Below are positions 1 to 14,400 of a stretch of 64,000 nt of DNA, piece by piece. Each line of letters begins with the position of its first letter. Position 1 is the stretch's first letter. Where the stretch lies: the NCBI GenBank assembly GCA_951406725.2, contig OX597830.1:30008001-30072000 (forward strand), in the 5' to 3' direction. The notes beneath the pieces were generated by a model that was given only the letters and a program-made list of their open reading frames with translations, ran no database searches and had not been told where the DNA came from. A program made the translations under genes and the position numbers. The DNA is from Octopus vulgaris (Eukaryota).

Positions 1-240
1 CACAGAGAGTGACAAGGTCGGCCCCTTGAAATGCAGGTACAACAGAAACAGGAAGTAAGAGTGAGAGAAAGTTGTAGTGAAAGAGTACAGCAGGGATCAC
101 CACCATCCCCTGTCGGAGCCTCGTGGAGCTTTTAGGTGTTTTCGCTCAATAAACACTCACAACGCCCGGTCTGGGAATCGAAACCGCGATCCTATGACCG
201 CGAGTCCGCTGCCCTATCCACAGGGCCATTGCGCCTCCAC
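1..240 (-). mobile_element. tRNA-derived SINE, family C (5' part; runs off the window edge)
   Basis: Minus strand begins GTGGAGGCGCAATGGCCCTGTGGATAGGGCAGCGGACTCGCGGTCATAGGATCGCGGTTTCGATTCCC, with A-box and B-box-like motifs. Homologous to 27926-28340. Confidence 0.85.
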
Positions 241-461
241 AATATCTATATCTATCCTTAGACCGAAGAACATTTTCGAATACTTGGTTTTGTTTGTACG
301 GTCAGCTATTAATGAACTGTACATAAAAGTAACGGGGTAAAGGTTCTTCAGCAAATAGCATACATACACGCGGAAACACACACACACACACACATGTATA
401 ATTTATGAATGTATACACACGCGCACACACCTGTACATAAATCGTATATATATCAAAATGT

Positions 462-660
462 GACCTCGTGTGTACCGTTGGCGATTTTTTTTCCTCTGTC
501 TTCCCTTCTCTGGATCTTTCCTTCTATGTTTCCGACGAAGAGCTCCGCTCGAAACGTTAAACCCTCCTTCTTCCCTTCTTTCCTGAGCGTCCAATAATAC
601 TTTACTTGTTCCACGTCCTCGCGTTGTTGTGTTTTTTGTTTTCTTGTTTAGATTAACTAT
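462..660 (+). mobile_element. Non-autonomous Penelope-like terminal-repeat fragment with HHR-like motif (528-562)
   Basis: GTTT-CCGACGA-AGAGC-TCC-GCTC-GAAAC-GTT-AAAC, followed by a T-rich tail ending in (TA)n. Related to 953, 15610, 59005 and 59625. Confidence 0.7.
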
Positions 661-865
661 ATATATATATATACATTTAAACACATAAGAGGTATCCATT
701 TCACGCTAGAAGCAACAAAGGAATCCTATGATGGTTACTGCTTATGTATTTAAAGGATCAGTGTATTTTATATGAATAATATATAGTCTATTGACTAATT
801 TTTCTACACGCTAGGCTGCAGGTTGTAAAAATTTCGAAAATCTTTATTACCCTGATATTATTAAC

Positions 866-927
<62 letters not shown>

Positions 928-952
928 TGTGTGTATTTCGAAATGTAACCAC

Positions 953-1160
953 ATGTAGATCGCTAGTAATTTTTTTCCTCTCTCTTCCTTTTCTCTTGGA
1001 GTAACTTCCGTCTCCTGTTTCTGATGAAGAGCTTTGCTCGATACATAAAACTACCTTTCTTTCCTTCCTTGACCGTCTGCTAATACTTTGCATGGACCAC
1101 GTCCTGACGTTGCTGCTTTTTCTTGTTGTGTTTGTTTTTCGTATTTTCTTATTTACTATA
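953..1160 (+). mobile_element. Penelope-like terminal-repeat fragment with degenerate HHR (1017-1051)
   Basis: GTTT-CTGATGA-AGAGC-TTT-GCTC-GATAC-ATA-AAAC, with GAAAC and GTA mutated. Paralogous to 462-660. Confidence 0.7.
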
Positions 1161-1662
1161 TATGTGTGTGTGTGTTTGTGTATGTGCGTGTAAAAAGGTT
1201 GAAGTAGATTCGTTCTTTAATTTGGAGGTTTCCAAAAAAAGATTTCTGATATCGATTCTTCATATTTTGCTGGTAGTTTACAGGCGTAAATTTACGAGTA
1301 TGAAAATAATACTCGTATATTATGTGTTGTGAATTTATGGAAAGAAATCCCATAAAACTCAACAGTTCTGTTAGAAATGGAGAAGAGATCTTAAAATATA
1401 TAAAAGAATTTAAATTCATGCAGACGATCGTTTCGTACAGAGATAAAAATATCATGCAAGTTCATGGTTGAATTGAATTAATAAAATTAATTATATATCA
1501 CTGTACTCTTCAGTTAAAGAATTATAAACAAAATTTTTTCAAAGGACTTGAGAAAGGAAATAGCAGAATAGAATCTAGGTGATCCCTATTTATTCTTATG
1601 AGAAAAAAGATGTGAGTCCAGTTTTTTTTAAGCCTAGTACTTATATATTACACATATATACA

Positions 1663-1724
<62 letters not shown>

Positions 1725-1769
1725 CACATATATATACATATACATATATATATGTGTGTGTGTACATAT

Positions 1770-1943
1770 CTGTGTGTCTGTGTTTGTTTGGTGTGTTTAC
1801 ATCCCCGTAATATAGCGCTTCGGCAAAGCGACCGATAGAAAAAGTACTAGGCTTAGAAAGAATATATCCTGAGATCGATTTGTGTGATAAAAGGCAGTTC
1901 TCCAACATCACTGCAGTCAAGTGACTGAAGCCAGTAAAAGAAC
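1770..1943 (+). mobile_element. SINE family A, 3' half
   Basis: GTGTTTACATCCCCGTAA...GACCGATAGAA...GTACTAGGCTT...GCAGTCAAGTGACTGAA matches the tail of the full copy at 62408. Confidence 0.8.
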
Positions 1944-2559
1944 ATATTTGTAAAAAAGAAGTTTGAAAACGCCACTATATCAAATAAATTTTAATTTTAC
2001 ATCTTTCGGTTCTTGAAAAAACGAACCTTATCAAAAAAATTTATCATAAAAAGTATAATGGAACAGTTCATAATTATTACATACATTCAATAGAATCCAT
2101 GTTCTTGAAAAGACGTACCTTATCAAATATATTATAAAGAGTATAATAGAAAAAATCCATAGTCGTTCCTTACTGTTTTGTCGAGTGTAGAGGAGAAGTT
2201 CTTGGTCGTCGTCTGTTGGTCGTAATTTTGTATATATATATATATGTATGTATGTATACCTATATATATATGTATATATGTATATATATATATATGTATG
2301 TATACCTATATATGTATGTTTACTGATTTATGCATAAAATTATAGCTTCATAAGTCCCTTTAGCGTTGCCTCTCTTAGGTACAACTCATCTAAAATAACC
2401 AAGAAGCTTGAAACATAGATATCTGAGATTCCTAATAGATGTCGACACTCAACGGACCGGGTATTTTTACACATTTTCACAATAAGAGAGATTTCTTTCT
2501 CCGTGATAACTGTAGTGTAATTGCCTTTTAGCAGTTTTTTCAACTTAGCTAATTCTGCT

Positions 2560-2622
<63 letters not shown>

Positions 2623-2691
2623 ATGCCTACATATTTATGTATGTATATGTGTGTGTATGTGTGTGCATATGCACACACATATATACATATG

Positions 2692-2735
<44 letters not shown>

Positions 2736-3233
2736 TACACACATATATGCATGTATGTGTATGCATAATGTCAAGACTGATCTTTTCTTTTGGAACTGTC
2801 CAAAAGAATCGAAATTTTATTTTCTTCATTTCCACCGCGAGTGTTACATCTTTTGCATGATTTGGAGAATATACCAACCTCATTATCCAAACAGTTATCA
2901 AGTGCACAGTTCCTCCAGGATTCGTTTCCTCTGCCTTGATTCGTCCAGTACAATGCAGGCCCACAACATATAACCATATAACCACGTTACAGCACAATTA
3001 CTTTTCCTCAACAGGTTCGGTTTTATTCAAATTTATCACAAAACAAATTGAAGAAATATATCTCTCCATATTTTTAAACAGTTTATTCGGACGATACTTG
3101 CCAGATGCCACCATTTAACAGTGAATTTACAGGGGAGGTAAAATCTCCCTCTAAGTTCATCTCGAAGCAACTGATAAGAGTTTAGCCAAGACAAAATTAG
3201 GTGTATCAGTCTTCAGTCTTTTCAATAGTGTCT

Positions 3234-3441
3234 GGCGACGGAATCGTTAGCGTGCCGGGAAAATGCTTGGAGCGGGGTGCATTTCGTCTGTCTTTAAGTT
3301 CCTGAGTTCAAATGCCACCGGTTTCAACTTTACCTTTCATCCATTCGCGGTCGATAAAATAACTTCTAGTCGTATAGTGGGGGTCTAACCGACTTAGCCA
3401 GCCCCACTCGAAATTGTTTGCCTTGTTCCGAAATTTGAAAC
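3234..3441 (+). mobile_element. SINE family B (Meta-domain-like)
   Basis: GAATCGTTAGCGTGCCGGG...GAGTTCAAAT (B box)...CCTTTCATCCATTCGCGGTCGATAAAATAA, followed by (TTA)n. Confidence 0.8.
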
Positions 3442-3454
3442 TTGTCCAACGTGC

Positions 3455-3478
3455 TATTATTATTATTATTATTATTAA

Positions 3479-3566
<88 letters not shown>

Positions 3567-3588
3567 GTTATTGTTATTATTATTATTG
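3455..3588. repeat. (TTA)n microsatellite
   Basis: Read directly from the sequence. Confidence 0.95.
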
Positions 3589-3649
3589 GCAATCATCTCT
3601 AGAGAGAATATCTGAATGGTTTTTACCAATAAAAGAAATAGCTGCAAGG

Positions 3650-4130
3650 AGAATTCTCACGACTCGACTAATTACGTTTCTACGCGGCGAAGTAATTCTT
3701 CAGTGCTCGATCACTAAAAGAATGAATGCAGCAATGTTTCGTTGCTTTGCATGCATTTTGGATAGGTTCCTATATTGTTACTTCCGTGCCTGTAGAGTTT
3801 GAGTGCAGCTCATAATGTTCCAGTGTAACACCTCTGCTAGACCAGGGAAATCGTGAAAGTTGTGCAACGCGCTTAGTGAGTAGTTGATCGTCAGCGAAGC
3901 GTAGGTGTAACATATGAGACGAGAATGCTGAGTGGAACTTGGACTAGACCAGCTAGTACTGAGGAGTAGAGACCGCTGTGAGTGCGGCTCCAAATGCACA
4001 GAGAGAAGATAACAGTTCTGTAGTCCGTAGGTCAGAGTTTGGTGTGTGTCGATGAGTGATGAGCAATGAGCGATTTCGTGCCAGTAATTCTAGTGACCTT
4101 TCTCTTGAAGTGGTCCAGGATGACTATGCG
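3650..4130. promoter_or_regulatory. Unique, CpG-richer island; candidate promoter or 5' UTR exon
   Basis: Non-repetitive and of balanced composition, flanked by microsatellites, about 1.2 kb upstream of the exon candidate at 5293. No convincing ORF. Confidence 0.25.
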
Positions 4131-4206
4131 TGTATGCGCGAGTGAGCGCGTGTGTGTATGTGTGTGTGTGTGTACGTGCATGCGTGTGCAAAAAACAAGC
4201 CCATGT

Positions 4207-4239
<33 letters not shown>

Positions 4240-5292
4240 CGGTGAAGAAGAATAACAACAACAGCAACAACAATATCAACAACGACAAACCAATTATATA
4301 TATTAGAAAAAAGGGTCAGTGTACACATGTAATGAATATATTTATTTACCATTGCATTAAATATAGAAAATATTTTTGTTTTTGTTGTTGTACTTGCTGC
4401 TGCTACTGCCGTTGTTGTTATTGTAGTTGTAGTTGTAATTGTTGTTGTTGTTGTTATCATTATTTTTCTTTCTATATTTGTAATGAACATTAGAACAAAG
4501 CCGTTGTCAACTCCCTAAAACTAATGAGCAGCTCATTCATCTTAACTCCCTAATTTCTGCTGACAGAGTAAGACTTTTACTTTTTGGAAATTAACTAATT
4601 CATCGGTTTTGAACATATAGTTAGTAAAATGTGGAACATAAGAAAGAAACATAACAGACAATAATATAATTAAACAACAATTTCTATAAACTTCATCTAC
4701 ACTTAATTCAATTATTTATTATATTGGAGTGTTTCGTTTGTGCTTTGTTTTACGTTGCATTTACTTCACATGATTTTTTTCTTTCGCCAATTTGGTAATT
4801 GTTCTCTTCTACCTAAAAGACATATCTAATTACTGCTATAACTAACATTGTTGATATTTGTTTCGTTTTGTTGTTGTTGTTGTTCTTGTTGTTTCATTTC
4901 CTTAGCTTCTTTTCTTAGTTAATGCACTTATGTTGCTGTCCCTATTGTCGTTGTTGTTATATGTGTTGTTATTAATGTTTAAGCGAAATAGAATGAAGAA
5001 TTATATATTTTCTTTAATGTTTAATTCTCTTTCGTTATACAAAATGAATTATTTGTGTTGGATGTTTTCAAGAATCCATATATTAAGACTTATTTAAATG
5101 AATCTTCACTTAAACTGATAAACTTCTAATGCACATGTGACAATTCTTATGTGTATGTCTCACATCACTTACGTCTGTCGAAATTCGTTACCAATAAATG
5201 GTGATTTGCAATCTATGGAATGTAGATTACACACGTAAGAAATGGCGATTACTATTGGCTCACTTCTTTCTTTTTTTTTTTTTCGTATTTAG

Positions 5293-5400
5293 GCCGAGGT
5301 CACACGTGATGAAGAAGAAAATTGTTTCAAGTTATTTCAGCTATGACCATCCAGTCATGTTTGTCTTTGTGTTTTACCGTTTTTCTCTTTTAAATGCAAG
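5293..5400 (+). CDS. Candidate first coding exon (MKKKIVSSYFSYDHPVMFVFVFYRFSLLNAR)
   Basis: Long polypyrimidine tract plus TAG acceptor ending at 5292; ATG at 5309; AAG|GTATAA donor in phase 2, compatible with 31777-31825. Confidence 0.3.
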
Positions 5401-5989
5401 GTATAATTTATGAAAGATTCGCCTGTTCTTCCTAATAAATCAAACGACCAAGTAAAGTGTCCCTTGTTCACCTTTTACTGTTGTTCTTTAACTCTAATCT
5501 GTCAGATTATGCGTCCTAGTTATTCCTTAAGTTTTATTCCGACTTGCTGACTTCGAATATATTATACAAGTCATTTCGACATTTTAACCCAGTAATATTG
5601 CATTTTTTCTAGCAGATCCATCGTTCGCATAGCAACCGGGGTAATTGAGAGACCATGATTGCTCAGTGTAATAGATGAAAATTTTCGGTTAAATTTTCAT
5701 CAGAAGATGTGGAGTTGCAACCGTAGTTTAATTTTAGGTAGAAAGAGTTATAATTAACACACATGGTAGAAAGACGGCGCTTCAAAATATGTAGTCGAGA
5801 ATTCAATATCCGGGATTCAAATTCCCATAAAATGTCTATTTGTTTTTCATCCGTTTATAGCAATAATAAAATTTGGTATCACGAAGCGGTTTGGCCATTG
5901 TGTGTTGGCAGCGTAACTAACAACATCGAATGCAATTCATTTAGTATTATAGTTGTTACACTGTAATCTCACGTCTGCCTTCATCTAGC

Positions 5990-6365
5990 AGATCGCTGAT
6001 CAAGCATGCTTCATTTGTGATATCCAATTCGTTCGTTTATTCTATCAAACACAAAGCAACATTGAATGAAATTTTATACAACGTCTTTAATGCAGAAGGT
6101 TGAGATTTGTGGGAGATTTGGCTGATATTAATAGTAAGTCATGCATCCATAAATAAGTTCCTTTAACTCCAGATAAATGCTGATCGAGGGGATCATGATC
6201 AAAAAGAGATCTTGCTGTAACCACGGACTTTTTTTTTTAATGTTAAGCGAATTGTGTCTTTGGCTACGTTATCCATTGTAACTCCCTTTAAGAAAATAAG
6301 GTGAGATTTGATAGGATATTTGACTATTAATTCTAAAAAAATTGAGCAACCATTTATAGTTCCCA
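5990..6365 (+). mobile_element. Old degenerate interspersed repeat (family E), two tandem remnants
   Basis: Recurring CTGATC(G/A)AG...GAGATTTG(G)CTG..ATT..TAG motif; similar remnants near 8215, 11670, 18665, 39865(-), 40080(-) and 45310. Confidence 0.45.
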
Positions 6366-6544
6366 AAATGACGCTGTTCGTTTAGCACGTTTAGTTTAGA
6401 GATTCCCTTCACTCTTCGTGTTGTATTCACCGCATTATTTCAACAGTGTACTACCGCCTAAAAACAGTATAATTAGCTACCAGCACGGTGCTGTTAGTTA
6501 ACAAAATGTTACTGCTAACTCAAAATCATGCAGTTCTCTCAGCG

Positions 6545-6785
6545 TTAACACACACACACACACACACAGACACACACACACACACACATACACACACACA
6601 CATATATATATAAATATATACGCCGGACTTCTTTCACATACCGTCTACTAAATCCACTCAAAAGGTTTTGGTCTGCTCGAAACTACAGTAGAAAACATTT
6701 ACCTCAGGCTTCACTGCAGTGGGACTGAACCCCGAACCATGTGGTTGGGAAGCAAGCTTCTTTCGACACAGTCTCGTCTGCGTCT
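6545..6785 (-). mobile_element. SINE family A, 5' half
   Basis: GGGACTGAACCCGAACCATGTGGTTGGGAAGCAAGCTTC is the reverse complement of the family A head. Confidence 0.8.
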
Positions 6786-7479
6786 GCTTATTTAAAAAAA
6801 AATTCTTTGGTTAATTTAGCGGAACTAAATGGTAAATTTAGCGGAGCTAAATGAACCATTCAGCAAAGATACCCAAAGATAAAATTATTCGGCTAAACGT
6901 AAGCAGAAGATAATGATACCCAGCTAAATGTACACGAGAGCTGGAAAAGTTCGTCCGACGGGTTTTATAGTTGTTATGGCTTACAAAATTTCATTCACGA
7001 GTATTTGGGCAAGTTGTGACAAAGAGAGAAAAATGTAAAACATTGCTGCACTGTACAGTGGTGTTTAGATTTATATTTACGAAGCTGACTCATTATCCAG
7101 AACGTGTAATTCGCAGAAATCACAGTCATACCCTTTACGTTGTCTTATTGGCAAAATTTGAGAAAATATGTGGCTCCCAACACAGTTTCATGAGTTGCAA
7201 GAAATAGTAGCGGTGTTTCCTTTATATTACACGCTGCACCTAATAAAATGAAGGCACGATTGGTCGAAGGCACGTTTAACCAGTCTGACTTTGCACTAAA
7301 CGACGTCAACAACTATGAAACAAAAAACAAGTTATTTTCATTTTCACCAAGGAAAAAAGACATAAACATTGCGGGCCGTACCAGGCAACTGAGGACGAAA
7401 AATAATAATAATTCGTTGTAAAGGAGAGATCATGCAGAAAAATATCACCCCCGTTCCCCCCGAACATATGCACATACAT

Positions 7480-8190
7480 TTAATCAAATACATCAAAGAA
7501 ACAGATCATTGAACAAAACTGTCTCCGGTCATTGAAATGGTTGCATGTCAGGATCAGGTGGCCGGTATCCGTGCTGTTCATTCTGCCAACAATGTGGCTC
7601 TCGGTCCGTCTTTCACTCTACTAGCAACATCCTAGATCCAGAAATTCAGGCAATCGAAATCAAGAGTGCTGATAGATTACATGACGCCAGGTCAAATGAT
7701 CATACAATTTCTACTTTTCCTAGGCATGAACAGCTCCTTTCTCATTTGTTATTGCGTACAATGTTTGCCCGATTTCTTTGTAAAATTTGTATCTGAGATC
7801 GGGCTTCATCACATTGAGTTGCTAGGCGATATCCCAGTTTCCCGTTGGGGTTGTTGGTGATAATATCCAAGAGCTGCTGAAATAACTCAACCGTTCCGAT
7901 GACGTCCAGCCGCCGAGAATATTTCTTTATATTGATTATGCATGGCGCATTCCTTTTAGGGGCCATAAGCTTTTTTCCAACCCTAAAACCTAAGGATAAA
8001 ATTACTTTCGACAATCTGGCGATCTCCAAATCGCAGTGGTTGACAGCAACATCCATTAGCACGGTATAGCTTCTTTTTTTGTACCATATTTAAATTTGCC
8101 ACAGTGTTTTTTTTAGCACAATTGTCATCAAAAGCACTGCAGCTGTGACTGTCATTTTAGGATACGTAAGGACATACTACTCGCTGTACA
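7480..8190 (-). mobile_element. Degenerate Tc1/mariner-superfamily transposon (transposase pseudogene)
   Basis: ORF 7742-8062 (EIARLSKV...KKYSRRLDVIGTVELFQQLLDIITNNP) resembles Tc1/mariner N-terminal HTH regions. Downstream frameshifted GHLILTCNHF resembles the C-terminal helix. Confidence 0.6.
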
Positions 8191-8286
8191 CGTTGCTTAT
8201 ATAAGAACGGCGATGTGAAGAGTGAATGGGATTTAGATGCCATTTCTAGCAAGTAGATCGATTTTGCAGAGGTTCCTCCACTGTTA

Positions 8287-8450
8287 CGAGAAGGTACTGA
8301 AAGGTTCCTGACTTTAAGGGTATCGCGAAAAGCCTAGTTGGAGGCCCAATCTTCCGAGTTCTTTTACAGAGCTTAGAAAAACTGAAGGACTGTTGCAATA
8401 AGTGTGCGAATCTGAGAGGGGATTATGTTGAATAAAATCATGATTAACTA
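8287..8450 (+). mobile_element. Mariner-derived MITE remnant
   Basis: TA|CGAGAAGGTACTGAAAGGTTCCTG terminal repeat; encodes LEKLKDCCNKCANLRGDYVE*, a typical mariner C-terminus. Confidence 0.75.
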
Positions 8451-9104
8451 CTTTGTTGCGAAGCGAAATTCTTATTCACGCGAAAATAATTTTGACTTTT
8501 TAACCGTTGTCAATAACAAAATGTATTCAGAAGTCAAACAGACTCGGAATATTTCGAATCTTCATACCAAATGCACATCTATCAGGTCGGCTGACGTGAC
8601 TTGTCTTTATCTAAGACACAAAATTAGTTAAGAACAGCACAACACGTCTTGGATATATTAGTTTTCGACATTTTCTCACTTGAAGAACCCTAGGTGTGTG
8701 CGATACAATTCCTTCTAATTCTCTGTATATTTCACTCTCTTCTCTTTATGATCTCTTTATTTATCTCTCTGTCTATTTCTGTCATTGTCGCTCTCTCTCT
8801 CTCTCACTCTCTCTGTCTCTCTCTGCTTCTCTCTCTCGTTTGCTCACTCTAGTTATCTATTTTTTGCATTAATGATAAATCTCGATAGAAGAAAAGGTGA
8901 AATATTAACTGTTGTAGTCTATATAAATAAGCCTTAAGCAATGCCATTTTAATTAAATTTGGCAACCCTATTAATACGTTGCAAAGCAAAAACAAAAACA
9001 AACAACCCCCATCCGAAATACTGATTATTCACGGTATCCACTATCACTCTTCGTTTCAGATGCAATATATATATATGTATGTATGTATATATATATACTA
9101 ACAT

Positions 9105-9135
<31 letters not shown>

Positions 9136-9891
9136 ACGACACGCACACATATGTATTTGTACATATATATATCACACACTCGTATATATTATATATACGT
9201 ATATATATTTATATATGAGTGTGTGTAGTATATATATGTGAGTGTGTGTGTGTGTGCATACAAACATACACACAAATGTATTGTATATAAATATATATAT
9301 GTATATATGTATATATAAAAACACACATTATATAACCATATATGTGTGTGTACATACATAAGGATATATATACGGACATACACATGTATATATGCATAAA
9401 TGTATATATGCATATATGTATATATATATACACATATATATATACATATATCCACACATACACATACATGCACGCACATGCACACTCACACTCGACAGTA
9501 TTTATCTTTAATGTTGTCAGTCAGTCAGGTATATTCAGTGGGCGGTTTTTGACCTCCATGTTGCCTGTTAAGTGGCCCTAGCTAAAATTATCAAGAGAAT
9601 ATTTAACATCTATTTAGTTAATATCGAGTTAACGCATTAAATGTGATTTGATCCTGATATAAATCGGTGGCAAATGTACTTCTTTCAAGTCTGAAGTGAA
9701 GCAGAATAACATTGTGTGTTGCGAAAGGAACGGTGATTCTAAACTAATAAAAGAGTCGCCAAACATAGGAATTGTTGAGCCTGATGACTGATGCGTAATT
9801 GGAAACGGAGCTAATACCGCGTCTTTATTGATCTTTGAGTGTGGGTTTGAATGTAAAGGAGATGATAAGAATGTGTGCGCGTGTATTTGTG

Positions 9892-9923
<32 letters not shown>

Positions 9924-10035
9924 CAGGATAGAGATAGAGATAGAGAGAAAGAGACTGAAGGAAAGAAGGTGTGAGCAAAGAGGCTCTGTGTGTGTGTCTG
10001 TATCTATGTGTGCACGTGACTGAATGCAAGTGCAT

Positions 10036-10073
<38 letters not shown>

Positions 10074-11091
10074 ATGAGTGTGTGATTATGTGCGTATGAG
10101 TATGAATGTGTAAGCATAGACTTCGCTTTTTGTGTCAGAGTATATGATCTTAGTGCGTGAATTGGTTTATGTGTTTAAGTATCAGCATGTTTCTGTGTGT
10201 GTATATATATGTACATGCATGTGTGTGTGTGTCTGTGTGTGTGTGTGTCTGTGTGTTTGTGTGTGTGTGTGTCTGTGTGTGTCTGTGTGTATTGTGTATA
10301 TGTATATTCTGTGCGAATGCAATGTGGAAGGTGTATAGTGTCTGGGTTTGTGTAGGGGTCGGTATAGGTGTATAAATGTATTAATAATGATGAAACGGCG
10401 AGTGATATTTAATATCGAATCCTATATAGTAATATGGCAATATAATAAAATCAATTAAAGTATTCCTTTGGTTGCATAACGGTACCTTACGTTTACCGCT
10501 TTTATGGTCATCTTGCTGTTTAAATGGCAAATCAACGATAAAGATAGACACCTCTTTTTGTGATAGCATGCTGTGAGATATTGCGTAAATAGTAGCTCTG
10601 TCAAACTAATGTCGTAGTTTATGAAAGTAAAAGTAAAATGAAAAAAAAAATAGAAAGAAAAAAACCACAACACAACACAACACCCTGACGTGTAGCAAAA
10701 TTACTAAAATGTACGACGTGACTCTAATTGAGAAATACAAACTAGATATCTGTAATTTATCATTGGCTTTTGTTATATGAACTCGGATGAGAATTTCATC
10801 AATATCATGATAGATCTAATGTCCACTAAAAGAAAATTTCCCCATGGTAATAATTGCTGCGGTGATGCCATGATTGTGATCGTATTGTTATTGCGTTATA
10901 GCGTTAACTATTGCCCAAAATGGCCGCAGTCCAATGATTAATATATATTAAAGAACAGAAATTATAGAATATAACTAGCATCACACTTTTTCTATTGCTC
11001 TTTCGATATGTGCGTGCGTGTGTATGCGTGTGTGATTGTATATGTGCATGTGCATATACCTAGACACATATAGACAAGCCTGTGTATATCC

Positions 11092-11147
<56 letters not shown>

Positions 11148-11203
11148 GCTCACACACATCAATACTATATTTGGCAAGATATATATGTATATGTGTGTGT
11201 GTA

Positions 11204-11234
<31 letters not shown>

Positions 11235-11289
11235 GTATCTATGTGTCTATGAAATTCAATGTATATATGTATTTGGATGTACATTCGAG

Positions 11290-11330
<41 letters not shown>

Positions 11331-12024
11331 ACATATATATGGATATATATATATCAGTACACACACACACATGTATGTGTTTGTGTGTGCGTTTATGTAT
11401 GTGTGTATGTGTGTGTCAGTACTTGGATGTTCTAAAGACAGGTGTCCACCTATATGCATATGTTGGAAGCGTGTGTACAGGATTCCACGAAGTGAATTCG
11501 CCAAACAGTCTACTCATATCTACCCCTTGTTCAGTTCCAGTTTCCAGTGAGTTAAATCAACGGAGTCATCAAATCTCTGACAGTAGGTTCACGAAAGAAG
11601 CAATATGAGAATTGAATAGTTATTGCTGTTTAAATTTATTCTGCCTGTTTAGGACTTACTGAGCCCCCAGCTGAGCGAATCTGATCAAAGTTAATCCACA
11701 CACGGAGATTTTGATGCTTATCTACGCAGTGTGTACATAGGGTTATATTATTAGGAATGAGTATTTTTCTGAGACAGTACGACATGATTCGAGCGCTGTT
11801 CAGGAGAATCTGCTTGTTGAATCTTAAGCAGCTTTACAGTTTCGGTAATGCTCAATTATGTTTTACTTATCTTATTTCTATATTCAAATGGTCTGGACCA
11901 TTCAGTATTCAAGACTTCACTCCCTTAAACTCGATATCATAAACATAATATTGAATCTTAAGTGTCGGTCACCTGGTGAAGAAGACGGAAACGGTCACAC
12001 ATCCAATAAAGAGTTAAGTTACTA

Positions 12025-12240
12025 TTCTTTTATTTTTCTTATTTCAGTCGTTTGACTGCGGCCATGCTGAAGCACCACCTCGAAGAGTTTTTAGTCGAAC
12101 AAATCAACACCAGAATTTATATTTTACGCCTAGTACTTATTCCATCTATCTCGTTTTCTGAATCGATAAGTTACGAAGACGTAAACACACCAACACCGGT
12201 TGTCAATCGGTGATGGGGGCCAAACACAGACACAAAGATA

Positions 12241-12296
<56 letters not shown>

Positions 12297-12503
12297 CACA
12301 CACACACACATGTATATATATATATATATATATATATACACGACGAGTTTCTTTCAGTTTCTGTTTATCAAATCTACTCACAAGACTTTGGTCGGCCCGA
12401 GGTTATAGTAAAAAACACTTGTCCAAAATACCACGCAGTGGGACTGTATCCAGAACCATGTGCTTGGGAAGCGAGCCTCTTACCACACAACTGAGCCTGC
12501 TCC
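12025..12503 (-). mobile_element. SINE family A, full length, with internal (CA)n/(TA)n
   Basis: Colinear with the reverse complement of 62408-62804. Confidence 0.9.
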
Positions 12504-13496
12504 TATATTAAAGAAGAAATACAAAAGCGATAACGCTTGTGCCCGACGAAGAAATAAACACGTGTTCCGTAACCCACACAGCAAATGTATTACCCAATCG
12601 TTTCTATACATATACTCATCACTTTGGAATTGAAAGTCAATATTTTAGCAGACAGAAGTCGAACATGAACATCAACAGTACTGAACTCATTTATCAGAGT
12701 GAGCTTACTCCACCCGCTATAAAATGTATACGAAATATAGAAGAGAGCTTTGCTTTAATCGATTCTGATACTTCCTTACACATTTGAAGCTGTATTATGT
12801 TATGAAGACAAAATGATATTTAGTTCTAAAACTAGCACGTAAGACCGGGACATTTTAAGATAGAATTTTGTTGATCCTTCAAGACTGATTAACTGACATC
12901 TACTTTATTTAGTTTCGAACGATGAAATTCGAACCCATGTTTGAATTTGAATTCGAAACACTATGAAAATCAATACATTTTTCAGTAGGTATTGGCTATT
13001 AAAATACTAATATTGTCATCAAACGTCCAAAGAGTTCAATATTAGAAATCGTTTTTCCCTTCGGCTCTGTAGTCTATAGAAAAAAAAAACCTGCATGCTT
13101 CGGAAAAATACTCGCCATACACAAATAGCATCTTGAATTTCGTTATATCTCATTCACAGTCGATTCACTACTGGATCCACTTCGTCTCACACCTTGAATA
13201 TTTGCTCATTCATGTGTGTCCACTGCTTAACCACCTTCACTTAGAATGTGTTTTTTTTTTCTCTTTTTTCTTATCATTGGGCTGTAAATGAAAATATATG
13301 AGATTTACACTAGGTAGGATTAGATCAAATAAACAGGTCTTATCGATAGATCTAGCATTATAAGAAATCTTGCTATAATTAACATACACAAAAAATACAA
13401 ACAACTATGCATAGTTGTATACATACATATATATATATATATATATACATATATGTGTGTGTATGTGTGTGTGTATGTCTATATATATATATATAC

Positions 13497-13557
<61 letters not shown>

Positions 13558-13568
13558 ATGTGTGCACA

Positions 13569-14124
13569 GAGATGGACCGGAAAGTTTGTGCCGATTTTTA
13601 AAAGAAAGAAAAAGGTCAATAAATACTTGCCATTACATTTTTAATCAACCAAATGGGAACCATTTTGTTGCACAATGCGTCTCCATCTTTCCTTTAACTT
13701 GAAAATACCCTCTTCCCAGAATTGAGGTGGTTCCATGGCAAAGAATTCATCAAGGTATTTTTTACGTCATCCAAGGAATTGAAATATTTACCATTAAGAC
13801 TATTCTGCAGAGACCTGAATAAGTGGAAACCCGAAGGAGCAATATCTGGGGAATATGAAGGGTGGGGTAACACATCCCAGCCGAGCTGCAGCAATTTTTG
13901 TCTGGTCCTGAAGCATCAAGTGCCGAATATGAACTTTCATTTTAAAGGGTTATAGAATTAACACAGGTTATAGGAACATAAGCCTTCTTCCACGATAAGA
14001 TAGCTTAAACTGTTCTCTAAATGGAGGTGTAGACAAATTCTATTTTATGGACTCAACCATGTTCAAAAATAAGTCGAAAGATAAGCTACTATAAATCGGC
14101 ACGAAATTTCCGGACAACCCAATA
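13569..14124 (-). mobile_element. Internally deleted mariner element
   Basis: ORF 13694-13894 GWDVLPHPSYSPDIAPSGFHLFRSL carries the mariner YSPDLAP motif. TIRs CCGGAAAGTTTGTGCCGATTT and AAATCGGCACGAAATTTCCGG. Confidence 0.9.
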
Positions 14125-14400
14125 CATATACAAAAGAATAGATATACTTAAGAACATACATATGCATATTTATATATATACACTCACACACTTACACACA
14201 GAGCATTAGACATGTAGACAGACATACATGTACGATCAAAAACAATTGTATGTGCGAAGAATGCATAAATATATATATATATATAAATTTAAAATGAGGG
14301 TGAGAAATTAGATATTAATTTAATTAACATCGATTTCACACCAGTAGTCTAGCATAAAAAAAATTGAAGGTTCAGTAAAATTACATTATATATATATATA

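Noticed and set aside
2009-2162. Diverged ~60-bp direct repeat (also a 22-bp duplication at 6813-6853 and a 27-bp duplication at 30731-30787)
   Set aside because: Ordinary local tandem duplications with no further structure.
2771-2997. Minus-strand YSPNHA peptide resembling mariner YSPDLA
   Set aside because: Surrounding residues and TIRs do not support a transposase.
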